The notes beneath the pieces were generated by a model. It was not told the origin of the DNA. It did not search any database and was given only the letters and a program-made list of their open reading frames with translations. A stretch of DNA of 64,000 nt from assembly GCA_039794265.1 (NCBI GenBank), contig JBDIVR010000006.1, positions 7,573-71,572 on the forward strand, read 5' to 3'. A program made the position numbers and the translations under genes. Positions 18,682 through 29,349 of this stretch are shown in pieces (positions within the stretch are counted from its first letter, which is position 1; the number at the start of each line of letters is the position of its first letter). The stretch comes from Myxococcota bacterium. Lineage in GTDB: Bacteria > Myxococcota_A > UBA9160 > PR03.

Positions 18682-18756
18682 TCCCCGGTAGCTCAGCGGT
18701 AGAGCAATCGGCTGTTAACCGATGGGTCGTAGGTTCGAATCCTACCCGGGGAGCCA
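18682..18756 (+). tRNA. tRNA-Asn (anticodon GTT), CCA encoded
   Basis: Acceptor TCCCCGG/CCGGGGA, D-arm GCTC/GAGC, anticodon stem ATCGG/CCGAT with loop CTGTTAA, T-arm GTAGG-TTCGAAT-CCTAC, discriminator G, then CCA. Confidence 0.95.
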
Positions 18757-18843
18757 GCGCCGCACGCACCCGGCGACGGCTCTGTCCGCCACTTTCGGCG
18801 CATCGCGAGCCGGATACACTCCGTCGGCCGCGGGGGGTGCGCC

Positions 18844-19524
18844 ATGACGCGACGAGGCCGACAGAGCCAGCGGGGAAGGCGAGCGGCTCGCTGCTCCCGG
18901 CGGGGTCGCCCCGCGATCTCCGTCGCCGTTCTCGTCGGTATGTCGCTCGGACTGGGCGCCGCGCTGGAACCGGCCCGCGCCGAGCCCGAGGCCGCCACTC
19001 CGGACGACGCGGTCGCCGCCGTGGCCCCGCCGGATGAGAAGGCGTGGATCCGCGGTGACCTCAAGCTGAACTTCCGCGCGGCGCCGAACGCCCAGGCCAC
19101 GCCGCTCGGGATCCTCGAGACCGGCGACGCGGTCGCCATCCTCGAGCGCCGCGCCGGCTGGGCGCGCGTCCAGGATGACGACGACCACGTCGGCTGGATC
19201 CCCGAGAGCTATCTCGATCCCGAAGGTCCACCGACCGAGCGACTTCGCGAACTCGAAGGCGAGCTTGCCGGCGTGCGCGAGGAGCTCGCCGCCGCGCACC
19301 GGGAGATCGCCGCGCTCGAGGAGAGCCAACAGGCGCTCGCGGCCCGCGACGCCGAACGCGAGGGACTGTTCCAGCAGCTCGACGAGGAGAACCGCGTGCT
19401 GCGCGCCGGGGAGCGCTGGCCGTTCCTCATCATGGGGGCCGCGATTCTCGGGGCCGGCTTCATCGGCGGGCTGTTGATGCGCGGCAGTGCGGCGCGGCGC
19501 TCGTCGTCGCGGATCCGGTTTTGA
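18844..19524 (+). CDS. SH3 domain protein (YgiM/TIGR04211-like): SH3 + coiled coil + C-terminal TM
   Basis: Signal region, SH3b-like WIRGDLKLNFRAAPNAQATPLGILETGDAVAILERRAGWARV, a coiled coil (LRELEGELAGVREELAAAHREIAALEE), a TM segment FLIMGAAILGAGFIGGLL, and a basic tail. Confidence 0.75.
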   Translation: MTRRGRQSQRGRRAARCSRRGRPAISVAVLVGMSLGLGAALEPARAEPEAATPDDAVAAVAPPDEKAWIRGDLKLNFRAAPNAQATPLGILETGDAVAILERRAGWARVQDDDDHVGWIPESYLDPEGPPTERLRELEGELAGVREELAAAHREIAALEESQQALAARDAEREGLFQQLDEENRVLRAGERWPFLIMGAAILGAGFIGGLLMRGSAARRSSSRIRF

Positions 19525-20495
19525 GCCGCCACGCGGACGAGACGCTGCGGATCGACGAGCACCGGCGCTGCGGCATCGTGCTCGCCGCGCAGGAGGCCGA
19601 CACCGCCCGGCGACAGGCGCGGCGTGCCGAAGAGCTGGGCTTCGATTCGCTCTGGGTCGGCGATCACGTCGCGTTCCACGTACCGATCGCGGAGTCCCTC
19701 ACTACACTGGCGTTCGCGGCGGGCGTCACCGACCGGATCGCACTCGGCACCGCGGTCTACCTGCTGGCGCTGCGCCATCCGGCGCATGCCGCCAAGATCA
19801 GCGCGACGCTGGACCGGCTGTCGGGTGGGCGCCTGGTGTTGGGCGTCGGGCTCGGCGGCGAGTTCCCGCCCGAGTGGCAGGCCGTCGGCGTGCCGGTGAC
19901 CGAGCGCGCGTCCCGCGTCGAGGAATCCGTGCCATTGGTGCGGCGCCTGTGGAGCGAGGACCGCGTCGCGCACGAAGGCCGTCACTTCTCCTTCGGTCCC
20001 GTGACGATCGCGCCGAAGCCGAGCGCGCAGCGCGCGGACGGGACCGCGGGCCCGCCCCCGATCTGGGTCGGAGGCCGCGCGCCGGCGGCGATGCGCCGCG
20101 CCGGCCGGATCGGAGACGGATACATCTCGCACATGTGCGCGCCCGAGACCTACGCGACGAATCTCGAGACGATCGCCGCCGCCGCGCGCGAGGCCGGTCG
20201 TGCGCCGCTCGCGTTCGGCACCGCGGCGTTCCTGTTCACGTTCCTCGAGGAGCGTTTCGAGGAGGCGCACGAGAAAGCGGCGAAGCTGCTCGGCATGATC
20301 TACGCGCGCGACTTCCGCGACGCCGCGAAGAAGTACTGCCTGCTCGGTCCGCCGGACGCCTGCCTCGAGCAGCTGCACGCATTCGCGAGGGCCGGCTGCC
20401 GCCATTTCATCCTGGCGCCGCTCTCGGATCCGGAGGCGTTTGCGGAACGGGTGGCGGCCGAGATGCTGCCGGCGGTCCGGACCCTCGGCGCCTGA
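19521..20495 (+). CDS. LLM-class (luciferase-like) flavin/F420-dependent oxidoreductase
   Basis: AEELGFDSLWVGDHVAFH...LGTAVYLLALRHPAHAAKISATLDRLSGGRLVLGVGLGGEF. The start codon (TTG 19521) is tentative. Confidence 0.8.
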   Translation: MSRHADETLRIDEHRRCGIVLAAQEADTARRQARRAEELGFDSLWVGDHVAFHVPIAESLTTLAFAAGVTDRIALGTAVYLLALRHPAHAAKISATLDRLSGGRLVLGVGLGGEFPPEWQAVGVPVTERASRVEESVPLVRRLWSEDRVAHEGRHFSFGPVTIAPKPSAQRADGTAGPPPIWVGGRAPAAMRRAGRIGDGYISHMCAPETYATNLETIAAAAREAGRAPLAFGTAAFLFTFLEERFEEAHEKAAKLLGMIYARDFRDAAKKYCLLGPPDACLEQLHAFARAGCRHFILAPLSDPEAFAERVAAEMLPAVRTLGA

Positions 20496-20627
20496 GACGT
20501 TCGAAGGCAGCGCCTGATCGGGTTCGCATCGGACTCGGTTGGCTGTGCTCATACGCTACACCCCTGCGAGCCGCCTGGCGCGGCACCCATCGCGGAGGCG
20601 GCCAATTCCGAGGATGATCGAGCGAGG

Positions 20628-22577
20628 ATGAGCGCTGCGAACGGGGCCCCGAACGCCGCGACGCGCGACGACCCGCCGAGCGACGAGGCGCGTGCGAGCG
20701 TGCGGTCCGTCGCGCGCGTGCTGGCCCGTTGCCTGCGGCTGCTGGCGCCACTGCGCAACCACCTGCTGCTGCTGTGCGCCGGCTTCGCTGGCCTCACGCT
20801 GCTCCTCGTGCCGCCATCGCTGCTGTTCCTCGACCTGATCTGGACCCGCGCGCTGCAGGGCGAACCGCTCCCGGAGCTCCACGCCTGGCTGCTCCGCCTC
20901 GACCCCGCCGTCAGCGTCCACGTCGATGCGCTCTCGGCGGAGCTGCGCCGCAGCGTCGCGCGCCGGACGATCGCCGGCGCCGTGGGAGTCACCGCGCTGG
21001 TGGCGCCGGCGGCGATGGGCCTCTGGTACTACCAGGTGTGGATCCTGCAACGCCTGAACCAGCTGCTGCGGATGGAGCTGATCGAGCGCTTCCAGAACCT
21101 GTCGCTGCGCTTCCACAGCGAGGCTCGCGTCGGCGATGCGATCTACCGGCTGACCCAGGACAGCGCGATGGTGACGTCGCTCGTCGAAGTGCTCTTGCTG
21201 ACGCCCGCCTACACGATCGGTGGCTACCTGCTGTCGGTCGGGCTCATCGCCACCGTGGATCCGCGGATGGCGCTGCTGCTGATCGCCGCCTGGGTGCCGC
21301 CGCTGGTCGCGAGCCTCGTGTTCTCGACGCCGATGCGGGTCGGCTTCCGGGCGGCGCGGGCCGCCAATGCCGCGCTGACCGCACGCATCCAGGAAGGCGT
21401 CGTCGGGATCCGGACGCTCAAGGCCTACGGCGCCGAGGCGCGCGAGCAGGCGGTGTTCGAGCAGGCGTCGCGCGACGCGTTCGCCGCCGCGTTCAGCGCG
21501 CGCCAACGCTTCGCGCTGTACGCGATCCTGATCTTCGCGGGCGTCTCGACGGTTCTCGCGGCAGCCGCCGCCTGGGGCGCACTCGAAACGTCGCGCGAGG
21601 CGGAGGTCTTCGCCGTGCGCCTGTTCGCCGCGACGGGACTCGGCGCGTGGAACCTCGGACTGTTCCAATGGTTCCGCTCCCGCTTCGGCGACGGAACCAA
21701 CCAGCTGCGCCGACTCTTCCGCACCTGGGGTCGCGCACAGGACATCTCGATCGGCCTCGCGCGCGTGTTCGAGATCCTCGACCTCGCACCCGAGGTCGTC
21801 GATGCGCCCGACGCGATCGCCGTCGACGGCGTCCGTCACGGTCTCACGTTCCGCTCCGTGGGCTTCCAGTACCAGGACGATCGGCCGGCGCTCGAGTCGA
21901 TCCACCTCGAAGTTCCGGTCGGCGGCATCACCGCGGTCGTCGGCCCGACCGGCGCCGGCAAGAGCACGCTGCTGGCGCTGGCGCTGCGGCTCTTCGATCC
22001 GGACCGCGGCGCCGTCGAGCTCGACGGCGTGGATCTGCGCCGGCTCCGGCTGACGGATCTGCGCCGCGCGGTGGCGATCGCGCTGCAGGAGAACCTGCTG
22101 TTCGGCACGACGATCCGCGAAAACATCCGCTACGCCGTGCCCGACGCATCCGACGAAGCCGTGCGCGCCGCCGCGCGCATCGCGTGCGCGGACGAGTTCA
22201 TCGAGCAGCTCCCACTCGGCTACGACACACCGCTCGGCGAGCGCGGCTCCAAGCTGTCGACGGGCCAGCGCCAGCGCCTGTCGCTCGCGCGGGCGGTGCT
22301 GAAGGACGCGCCGATCCTGCTGCTCGACGAGCCCACGGCATCGCTCGATGCGGACACGGAGTCGCGCGTCTTCGGCCAGCTCGCGGTGTGGGGTCGCGAT
22401 CGCGCGATCTTGTTGGTGACGCACCGGCTCTCGACGGTGCGTCACGCCCAGCGTATCGCCGTGCTGCACCACGGCCAGCTCGTCGAGTCCGGAACGCACG
22501 ACGACCTGATGGCGCTCGGCGACGGAGCGTACTGGCGGCTGGTGCGCGCCGATGCGAGCGAGGGGCCGGAGGGATGA
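20628..22577 (+). CDS. ABC exporter, fused permease/ATPase (type I exporter)
   Basis: 649 aa. Six-TM domain, then an NBD with GPTGAGKSTLL, LSTGQRQRLSLARA, LLLDEPTASLD and LVTHRLS. Confidence 0.88.
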   Translation: MSAANGAPNAATRDDPPSDEARASVRSVARVLARCLRLLAPLRNHLLLLCAGFAGLTLLLVPPSLLFLDLIWTRALQGEPLPELHAWLLRLDPAVSVHVDALSAELRRSVARRTIAGAVGVTALVAPAAMGLWYYQVWILQRLNQLLRMELIERFQNLSLRFHSEARVGDAIYRLTQDSAMVTSLVEVLLLTPAYTIGGYLLSVGLIATVDPRMALLLIAAWVPPLVASLVFSTPMRVGFRAARAANAALTARIQEGVVGIRTLKAYGAEAREQAVFEQASRDAFAAAFSARQRFALYAILIFAGVSTVLAAAAAWGALETSREAEVFAVRLFAATGLGAWNLGLFQWFRSRFGDGTNQLRRLFRTWGRAQDISIGLARVFEILDLAPEVVDAPDAIAVDGVRHGLTFRSVGFQYQDDRPALESIHLEVPVGGITAVVGPTGAGKSTLLALALRLFDPDRGAVELDGVDLRRLRLTDLRRAVAIALQENLLFGTTIRENIRYAVPDASDEAVRAAARIACADEFIEQLPLGYDTPLGERGSKLSTGQRQRLSLARAVLKDAPILLLDEPTASLDADTESRVFGQLAVWGRDRAILLVTHRLSTVRHAQRIAVLHHGQLVESGTHDDLMALGDGAYWRLVRADASEGPEG

Positions 22578-24508
22578 GCGACGGCGCCGTACAGACGCTG
22601 TCGCGCGCGCTGCGCTTCGTCGCGCCGCTGCGCGGGCGGGTGCTCGTCAAGATGGCGCTGCTGGTCGCGAGCGTGTTGCCGTTGGTGCTGGTGCCGTGGC
22701 CCGGGAAGATCGTCATCGATCACGTGATCGAAGGGTTGCCGCTGGATCCCGCGACGTATCCGTTCTTCGTGCGCCCGTTCGCTGCGTGGATCGCCGGCGG
22801 CAGCGTCGTCGAGATCCTGCTGTGGACGCTGGCCGTGCAGCTCGTGCTGTTGGCGTCCGTCGGTGCGTTCGGCGCCAGCGGCCGCGAACGCGACGAGGCG
22901 GATGCGTGGCTGGCCGGCGGGCACGATACCCAGACACGCACGGAGAACGAGGCCAACGCCGGCTTCAGCCTCGCCGGCGGCGTGCTCGGCTTCCTCGACC
23001 TCCGCTACACGATGCGGCTGACGCAGGACCTGAACCACCACTTCCGCAGCGTCCTGTTCCAGCGCCTGCAGGCCTTGCCGATGCGCACTTTCGACGACGA
23101 GCGCATCGGCGATGCGGTCTACCGCGTGATGATCGACACACCGTCGATCACGACCGCGTGTTGGCGGATCCTGCTGACGCCGATCGGCGCGCCGGCAGCG
23201 ATCGGCATCGCCGCGGCGGCGCTGTACTTCGGCTACGGCGAGCATCCCGCGCTGATGTGGGCGGCGCTCGGCGCGCTGCCGATCGCGCTGTTCGCGACGC
23301 TGCCGTTTGCCGGCGCGCTGCGGCGACGTTCCGTCGACAGCCGCGAGGCAGGCGCGCTGACGACCTCGACGGCGGAAGAGGGGTTGTCGCAGGTGCTGGC
23401 GGTACAGAGCCTCGGCGGCGGGGCGCGCGAGCGCGGCCGCTTCGACCGCGATTCCTGGCGCGGCTTCGGGGCATACCGGGCGGTGCTGCGGACCGGCATG
23501 GCGGCGTTCCTGCTCGGTCTGTTGCCCGGCGGCCTGCTGGCCAGCTGGGCGTTCCTCTACACGATCGATCTCGTGATCGCCGGCACGCTCTCGCGCGGCG
23601 ACTTCCTCGTGGTGTTCGCGTACTTCACGCAGGCCGCCTTCGCCGCGCTGTCGCTCGGCACGCTGTGGTTCGAGCTGCAGGGCGCGGCGGCGGGATTGAG
23701 CCGCGTCTTCCGGCTACTCGACCTCCCGTCCGAGGCCGACGTGGCCGGCGCCGGCACGCTCGCGCCGATTCTCGGCGAGGTCCGCTACGAACATGTGTCG
23801 TACCGACACGGAGACGGAACACTGGCCGTCGATGGCGTGTCGTTCTCCGCGCGACTCGGGGAGCTGGTGGCGCTGGTCGGACCGGCCGGCGCCGGCAAGA
23901 CAACGCTCGCGCATCTGCTGCCGCGGTATCTGGAGCCCAGCGCCGGCTGCGTCCGAATCGACGGCGTCGACACCGCATCGGTGTCGCTGGCGTCGCTGCG
24001 CGGACAGGTTTCGTACGTCTTCCAGGAGACGTGGCTGTTCGACGGCAGCATCGAGGAGAACCTCCGGCTCGGCGCGCCCGATGCGAGCGCCGAGCAGCTC
24101 GCGCGAGCGCTTCGGCTGGCGCGCGCCGAGGAGTTCGTGACGCAGTTGCCGCAGGGGCTCGCGACGCGGGTCGGGCGCGGGGGGTCGCAGTTCTCGGTGG
24201 GACAGCGGCAACGGCTCGCGATCGCCCGCGCGCTGGTGCGCGACACGCCGATCCTGATCCTCGACGAGCCGACCTCCGCGCTCGACCCGGAGACCGAACA
24301 GGCGCTGGTCGGATCCCTGCGCGAAGCCGGCCGCGGACGGCTCGTGCTGGTGATCGCCCATCGGCTCTCGACGATCCGATCCGCCGACCGGATCCTGTTC
24401 CTCGAAAGCGGCCGGCTACTCGAGGAAGGCACGCACGCCGAACTCGCCGCCCGCCCGGCCGGCGCCTACCGCCGCTTCCTCGAACTCGCGCACCGCGCCG
24501 TCCCGTAG
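22574..24508 (+). CDS. ABC exporter, fused permease/ATPase (partner of 20628..22577)
   Basis: ATG 22574 overlaps the upstream stop (ATGA). TM domain, then an NBD with [39 protein letters not shown] and VIAHRLST. Probably a heterodimeric pair. Confidence 0.88.
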   Translation: MSDGAVQTLSRALRFVAPLRGRVLVKMALLVASVLPLVLVPWPGKIVIDHVIEGLPLDPATYPFFVRPFAAWIAGGSVVEILLWTLAVQLVLLASVGAFGASGRERDEADAWLAGGHDTQTRTENEANAGFSLAGGVLGFLDLRYTMRLTQDLNHHFRSVLFQRLQALPMRTFDDERIGDAVYRVMIDTPSITTACWRILLTPIGAPAAIGIAAAALYFGYGEHPALMWAALGALPIALFATLPFAGALRRRSVDSREAGALTTSTAEEGLSQVLAVQSLGGGARERGRFDRDSWRGFGAYRAVLRTGMAAFLLGLLPGGLLASWAFLYTIDLVIAGTLSRGDFLVVFAYFTQAAFAALSLGTLWFELQGAAAGLSRVFRLLDLPSEADVAGAGTLAPILGEVRYEHVSYRHGDGTLAVDGVSFSARLGELVALVGPAGAGKTTLAHLLPRYLEPSAGCVRIDGVDTASVSLASLRGQVSYVFQETWLFDGSIEENLRLGAPDASAEQLARALRLARAEEFVTQLPQGLATRVGRGGSQFSVGQRQRLAIARALVRDTPILILDEPTSALDPETEQALVGSLREAGRGRLVLVIAHRLSTIRSADRILFLESGRLLEEGTHAELAARPAGAYRRFLELAHRAVP

Positions 24509-24513
24509 CGACG

Positions 24514-25749
<1,236 letters not shown>

Positions 25750-26021
25750 CGCCGTCCCTCCCTGCGTACGCGAGAGCCGGCAGGATGGCGGAGCCCGACG
25801 CTGGCTTCCAGCCCCGATGTGCAATTCCACGGTGACGAACCTCGGCGTCGTGCCGCCGATTGTCGTCACTCGGGACCCGGCGCGGCCGACGACGCGCCGC
25901 GCGACACCAGGGAGGAATCGGGCCGCGCCGTGCGCCCCTGCGCGCCCACGCTGCGCACCCGCGAGCCGGCAGCGCCGCTTCGGCACGGGCCTTGCGATGA
26001 CGAGGCGCGGAGGAGCGAACC

Positions 26022-26825
26022 ATGCGGCTTTTCACGATGACCTTGACGGCGCTGACCCTCGCCATGGGCTCGCCGGCGATCAGCTCCGCCACCCCCATCG
26101 CTCCGGGCGCGTTCGGCTCGCTCGCGACCGTCGAGAGCTTCGAAGGGCTCACGCCCGGCGCGAACGTGACGCTCGGCCTCGGGCAGAGCCTGCTCGAGCC
26201 CGGCACCGTGTCGGCCTTCGACTTCGGGAGCGGTGTGCGGCTGACGAGCCCGGTGCCCAATCCGGGATTCGCCAACGGCGGCGCCTTCATTCACGACTTC
26301 GCGCTCGGCACCGACGTCCAGAACAACTGGGGCACCGGCCGCGTCGTCAACAGCGCCGCCAGCGTACCGTTCGGCAGCGCCTATCTCGGCGCGTTCCACC
26401 CGAGCACCGGTACGGTGTCGCTCGCGTTCGAGTTCGACTCGCTGCAACAGCGCGTCGGAGCGTACGTGAGCGGAGTCACCGGCAGCAACGTCCGGCTCGA
26501 CGTCTACGACGACGGCGGCTCGCTGTTGGAATCGCTGACACTCGGCACCGTGGCCCTGAATCTCTGGCCCGCGAACTTCCTCGGTCTCGAACAGCTCGCC
26601 GGCATCCGCACGGCGGTGTTCACCGGCCAGGACTTCGGCGTCGATGGCCTGACCTTCGAGTCGAGCCTGGTGGTGGTGCCAGAGCCGGACACGCTGTCGG
26701 CGCTGGCGCTGGGCTTGTTCGGGCTGATGGGGATCGCGATGGTCGGTAGCCGTCCGCGCAACTCCGAGGGGGCTTCCGTCGCGCTCGCGCCGGCGGCCGC
26801 TCCTCCCGAGCCGCTTCGATCCTGA
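26022..26825 (+). CDS. PEP-CTERM sorting-domain protein
   Basis: Signal peptide MRLFTMTLTALTLAMGSPAISSA. C-terminal VPEPDTLSALALGLFGLMGIAMVGSRPR (PEP motif + TM + basic cluster). The body matches no family I recognise. Confidence 0.75.
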   Translation: MRLFTMTLTALTLAMGSPAISSATPIAPGAFGSLATVESFEGLTPGANVTLGLGQSLLEPGTVSAFDFGSGVRLTSPVPNPGFANGGAFIHDFALGTDVQNNWGTGRVVNSAASVPFGSAYLGAFHPSTGTVSLAFEFDSLQQRVGAYVSGVTGSNVRLDVYDDGGSLLESLTLGTVALNLWPANFLGLEQLAGIRTAVFTGQDFGVDGLTFESSLVVVPEPDTLSALALGLFGLMGIAMVGSRPRNSEGASVALAPAAAPPEPLRS

Positions 26826-26855
26826 TCCCGCCAGGAGCCCTTCGGGGCAGACTCG

Positions 26856-26886
26856 CCGCGCGGCCTGCCCCTCCCGGGCCGCGCGG
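26856..26886. terminator. 10-bp GC stem-loop between convergent genes
   Basis: CCGCGCGGCC (26856..26865) pairs with GGCCGCGCGG (26877..26886). The loop is 11 nt. It lies between the stop at 26825 (+) and the stop at 26897 (-). Confidence 0.4.
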
Positions 26887-26896
26887 CGATCGTCGT

Positions 26897-27799
26897 TCAG
26901 CGCCGGAACGGGCCGCCGAGCAGCGCGGACTTGAAGCTGGCGACGGCGCCGCGCGAGCCGAGCGGGCGACGCTGCGAGGTCGCGGGCAGCGATCGCTGCC
27001 CGGGCCCCAGGCCCAGGTCGAGCGCGATCTCCTCGGCGAGCTCACGCAGCTCGCGATGGACGGCCGTACCGCGAGCGACGTGCAGGATCGACAGCGGGTG
27101 TCCGGTCTCGGAGTTCAGCGCCTCGACGCGCGGGCTGCGCGAGAGCGACGTTTCGTAGAGCGGCCAGCCGCGGCGTCGGACCTCGGCGCGCAGCAGCGCC
27201 GCCAGCTCCTCGCCGGTGGCTTCGATGTGCGTGCGGCGATCCACCAGCGTCAGCACGACGCGCGCGCGATCCGGGAAACCGGCGCGCTGTAGGATCGCGA
27301 ACCCCTTGCCGGCCTCCTCGAGCGACGCCCAGTCCGATACCGGCATCAGCACGCGGTCGGCCGCGTACAGCGCATTGCGGGTCAGACTCTCGAGGTCGCT
27401 CTTGGTGTCGACGATCACCAGGCCGGGCCACTCGGTGCGCTCGAGGATCCGGCGCAACGTCAGCGGATCCTCGGCGCGCGCCTTCAGCAGCGCGGTATCG
27501 GGCGCCGACCGCACGTAGTGCACGCCGTACTGACCCAGATGGATGACACGCTCGAAGCTGCGTTCCGCCCAGCCGTGCTTCACATTGCCGTCACCGGGCG
27601 GCTGCGCCTCCAGCGCGAACATCCTCTCGATGATGCCCTGGTCGTCGAGCGAGAAGAGCAGGATCGGGAGCTCCTCGTGGAGCGCTCGCAGATAGACTGC
27701 CAGGTTGGTCGCGAGGGTCGTCTTCCCGACTCCGCCCTTGTTGGACGAGACGGCGAGGACGCGGCCACGGGGCTCGGATCCGAAGCTGGGGGGCGACAC
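26897..27799 (-). CDS. ParA/MinD-family ATPase (orphan)
   Basis: Deviant Walker A SSNKGGVGKTTLATNLA, then IVDTKSD. GTG 27799 is a tentative start. The upstream part of ORF 26897..28552 is antisense to kdsB and is rejected. Confidence 0.78.
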   Translation of the reverse strand: MSPPSFGSEPRGRVLAVSSNKGGVGKTTLATNLAVYLRALHEELPILLFSLDDQGIIERMFALEAQPPGDGNVKHGWAERSFERVIHLGQYGVHYVRSAPDTALLKARAEDPLTLRRILERTEWPGLVIVDTKSDLESLTRNALYAADRVLMPVSDWASLEEAGKGFAILQRAGFPDRARVVLTLVDRRTHIEATGEELAALLRAEVRRRGWPLYETSLSRSPRVEALNSETGHPLSILHVARGTAVHRELRELAEEIALDLGLGPGQRSLPATSQRRPLGSRGAVASFKSALLGGPFRR

Positions 27800-27925
27800 G
27801 ACCCGTGGAATGTATCGGCCGCCGCCGGAGCGCGCCGGTCGCTCCGGGTGCCGCCCCCCTTCGGGCCGACGGCGGCGGCGCTGCGTGCCCGTGCCATCGA
27901 CCGGGGCCGGGCTAGCATCCTGCGT

Positions 27926-28657
27926 GTGCGCGCCGTCGGCGTCATTCCCGCTCGCTACGCGGCGTCCCGCTTCCCGGGCAAACCGCTCGCGCCGATCGCG
28001 GGGCGCGCGCTGGTGCAGCGCGTGTGGGATGGTGTGCGCACGGCCAAGCGGCTCGAGCGCATCGTGATCGCCACCGACGACGAGCGCATCGCCGACGCCT
28101 GCCGCGCCTTCGGCGCCGACGTGGCGATGACGGCCGCGACCCACCCGACCGGGACCGATCGCATCGCCGAGGCCGCCGCCGGCCTCGACGCCGACGTCGT
28201 CGTCAACATCCAGGGTGACGAGCCGCTGATCGAGGGCTTCGTCATCGACGCCGTCGTCGCGGCGCTCGAAGAGGATCCCGAGGCGGCGATGGCGACGATC
28301 GCGCACCCGGCCGCGCCAGCCGACGTCGACGATCCGAACCGCGTGAAGCTGGTGCTCGATCAGCGCGGGCGGGCGCTCTACTTCTCGCGCAGCCGGATCC
28401 CGTATCCGCGCCAGCCGGGCGCGCGCACGCTCCAGCACGTCGGGATCTACGCGTACCGGCGCGAGTTCCTGCTCGAGTTCGTGCGGCTGCCGCAGACGGA
28501 GCTCGAGTGCAGCGAGCAACTCGAGCAGCTGCGTGCGCTCGAGCACGGCCATGCGATCCGCGTCGCCGTGATCGACGGCTGGCGCAGCGTGCCGGTGGAC
28601 GTGCCGGCGGATGTCGCGCTCGTCGAGGCGGCGCTGCGCGAGGCCGGCCGATGCTGA
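27926..28657 (+). CDS. kdsB: 3-deoxy-manno-octulosonate cytidylyltransferase
   Basis: GTG 27926. VIPARYAASRFPGKPLAPIAG...VIATDDERI...THPTGTDRIAEA...VVNIQGDEPLI...QLRALEHG. Confidence 0.9.
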   Translation: MRAVGVIPARYAASRFPGKPLAPIAGRALVQRVWDGVRTAKRLERIVIATDDERIADACRAFGADVAMTAATHPTGTDRIAEAAAGLDADVVVNIQGDEPLIEGFVIDAVVAALEEDPEAAMATIAHPAAPADVDDPNRVKLVLDQRGRALYFSRSRIPYPRQPGARTLQHVGIYAYRREFLLEFVRLPQTELECSEQLEQLRALEHGHAIRVAVIDGWRSVPVDVPADVALVEAALREAGRC

Positions 28658-29316
28658 CGGCGATCGCGCTCGGCTTCGCGCTCGGGCTGCGCCACGCGGC
28701 GGATCCGGATCACGTGGCGGCGATCGCCGCGCTGCTCGGCCGGCAGGACCCGGCGGGCTCGGCCGGTCGCGGGGCGCGCACCGCGGCGTGGATCGGCGCG
28801 AGCTGGGGCCTGGGACACAGCCTGGTGATCCTCGCGGTCGGCGGGCTCTTCGTCGCGCTGCACATCTCGGTGGTCCCCGGCTGGGCGCTCGGCGCCGAGG
28901 CCGCCGTGGCGGTGATCCTCGTCGGGCTCGGCCTGTCGAATCTGCGCGCGCTGTGGCGCGGCCCGCACGGAGCGCGTCCGCACCGACACGCCGCGGCGAC
29001 GCGCACGTGCAGCGCCGTCACGATGCGTTCCGTCGGGATCGGCATGGCGCACGGCCTCGCCGGCAGCGCGGCCGTCGCGCTGCTCGCGCTGGCGGCGATG
29101 CCGAGTTCCGGCGCCGCGCTCGTCTACCTGCTGGTGTTCGGACTCGGCACGATCGGCGGCATGGTGGCGATGTCGCTCGGGCTCGGCCTGCCGGCGGCGC
29201 TGGCGAGCGGCCGGCCGGGACTGCTGCCGTGGGTGCTCGGCGGCAGCGGCGCGGTGTCCGTCGCGGTCGGGCTGCTGCTGCTCGTCGAGGTCGGCGTCGC
29301 GACGCGGCTGCTGTGA
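28651..29316 (+). CDS. NicO/HoxN-like metal (Ni/Co) transporter family membrane protein
   Basis: ATG 28651 overlaps the kdsB stop. Signature LGLRHAADPDHVAAI, a second His-containing helix GLGHSLVIL, and about 6 TM. Confidence 0.65.
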   Translation: MLTAIALGFALGLRHAADPDHVAAIAALLGRQDPAGSAGRGARTAAWIGASWGLGHSLVILAVGGLFVALHISVVPGWALGAEAAVAVILVGLGLSNLRALWRGPHGARPHRHAAATRTCSAVTMRSVGIGMAHGLAGSAAVALLALAAMPSSGAALVYLLVFGLGTIGGMVAMSLGLGLPAALASGRPGLLPWVLGGSGAVSVAVGLLLLVEVGVATRLL

Positions 29317-29349
29317 TCTGCTCGCGATGACGGACCGTGCGGGTCCGCC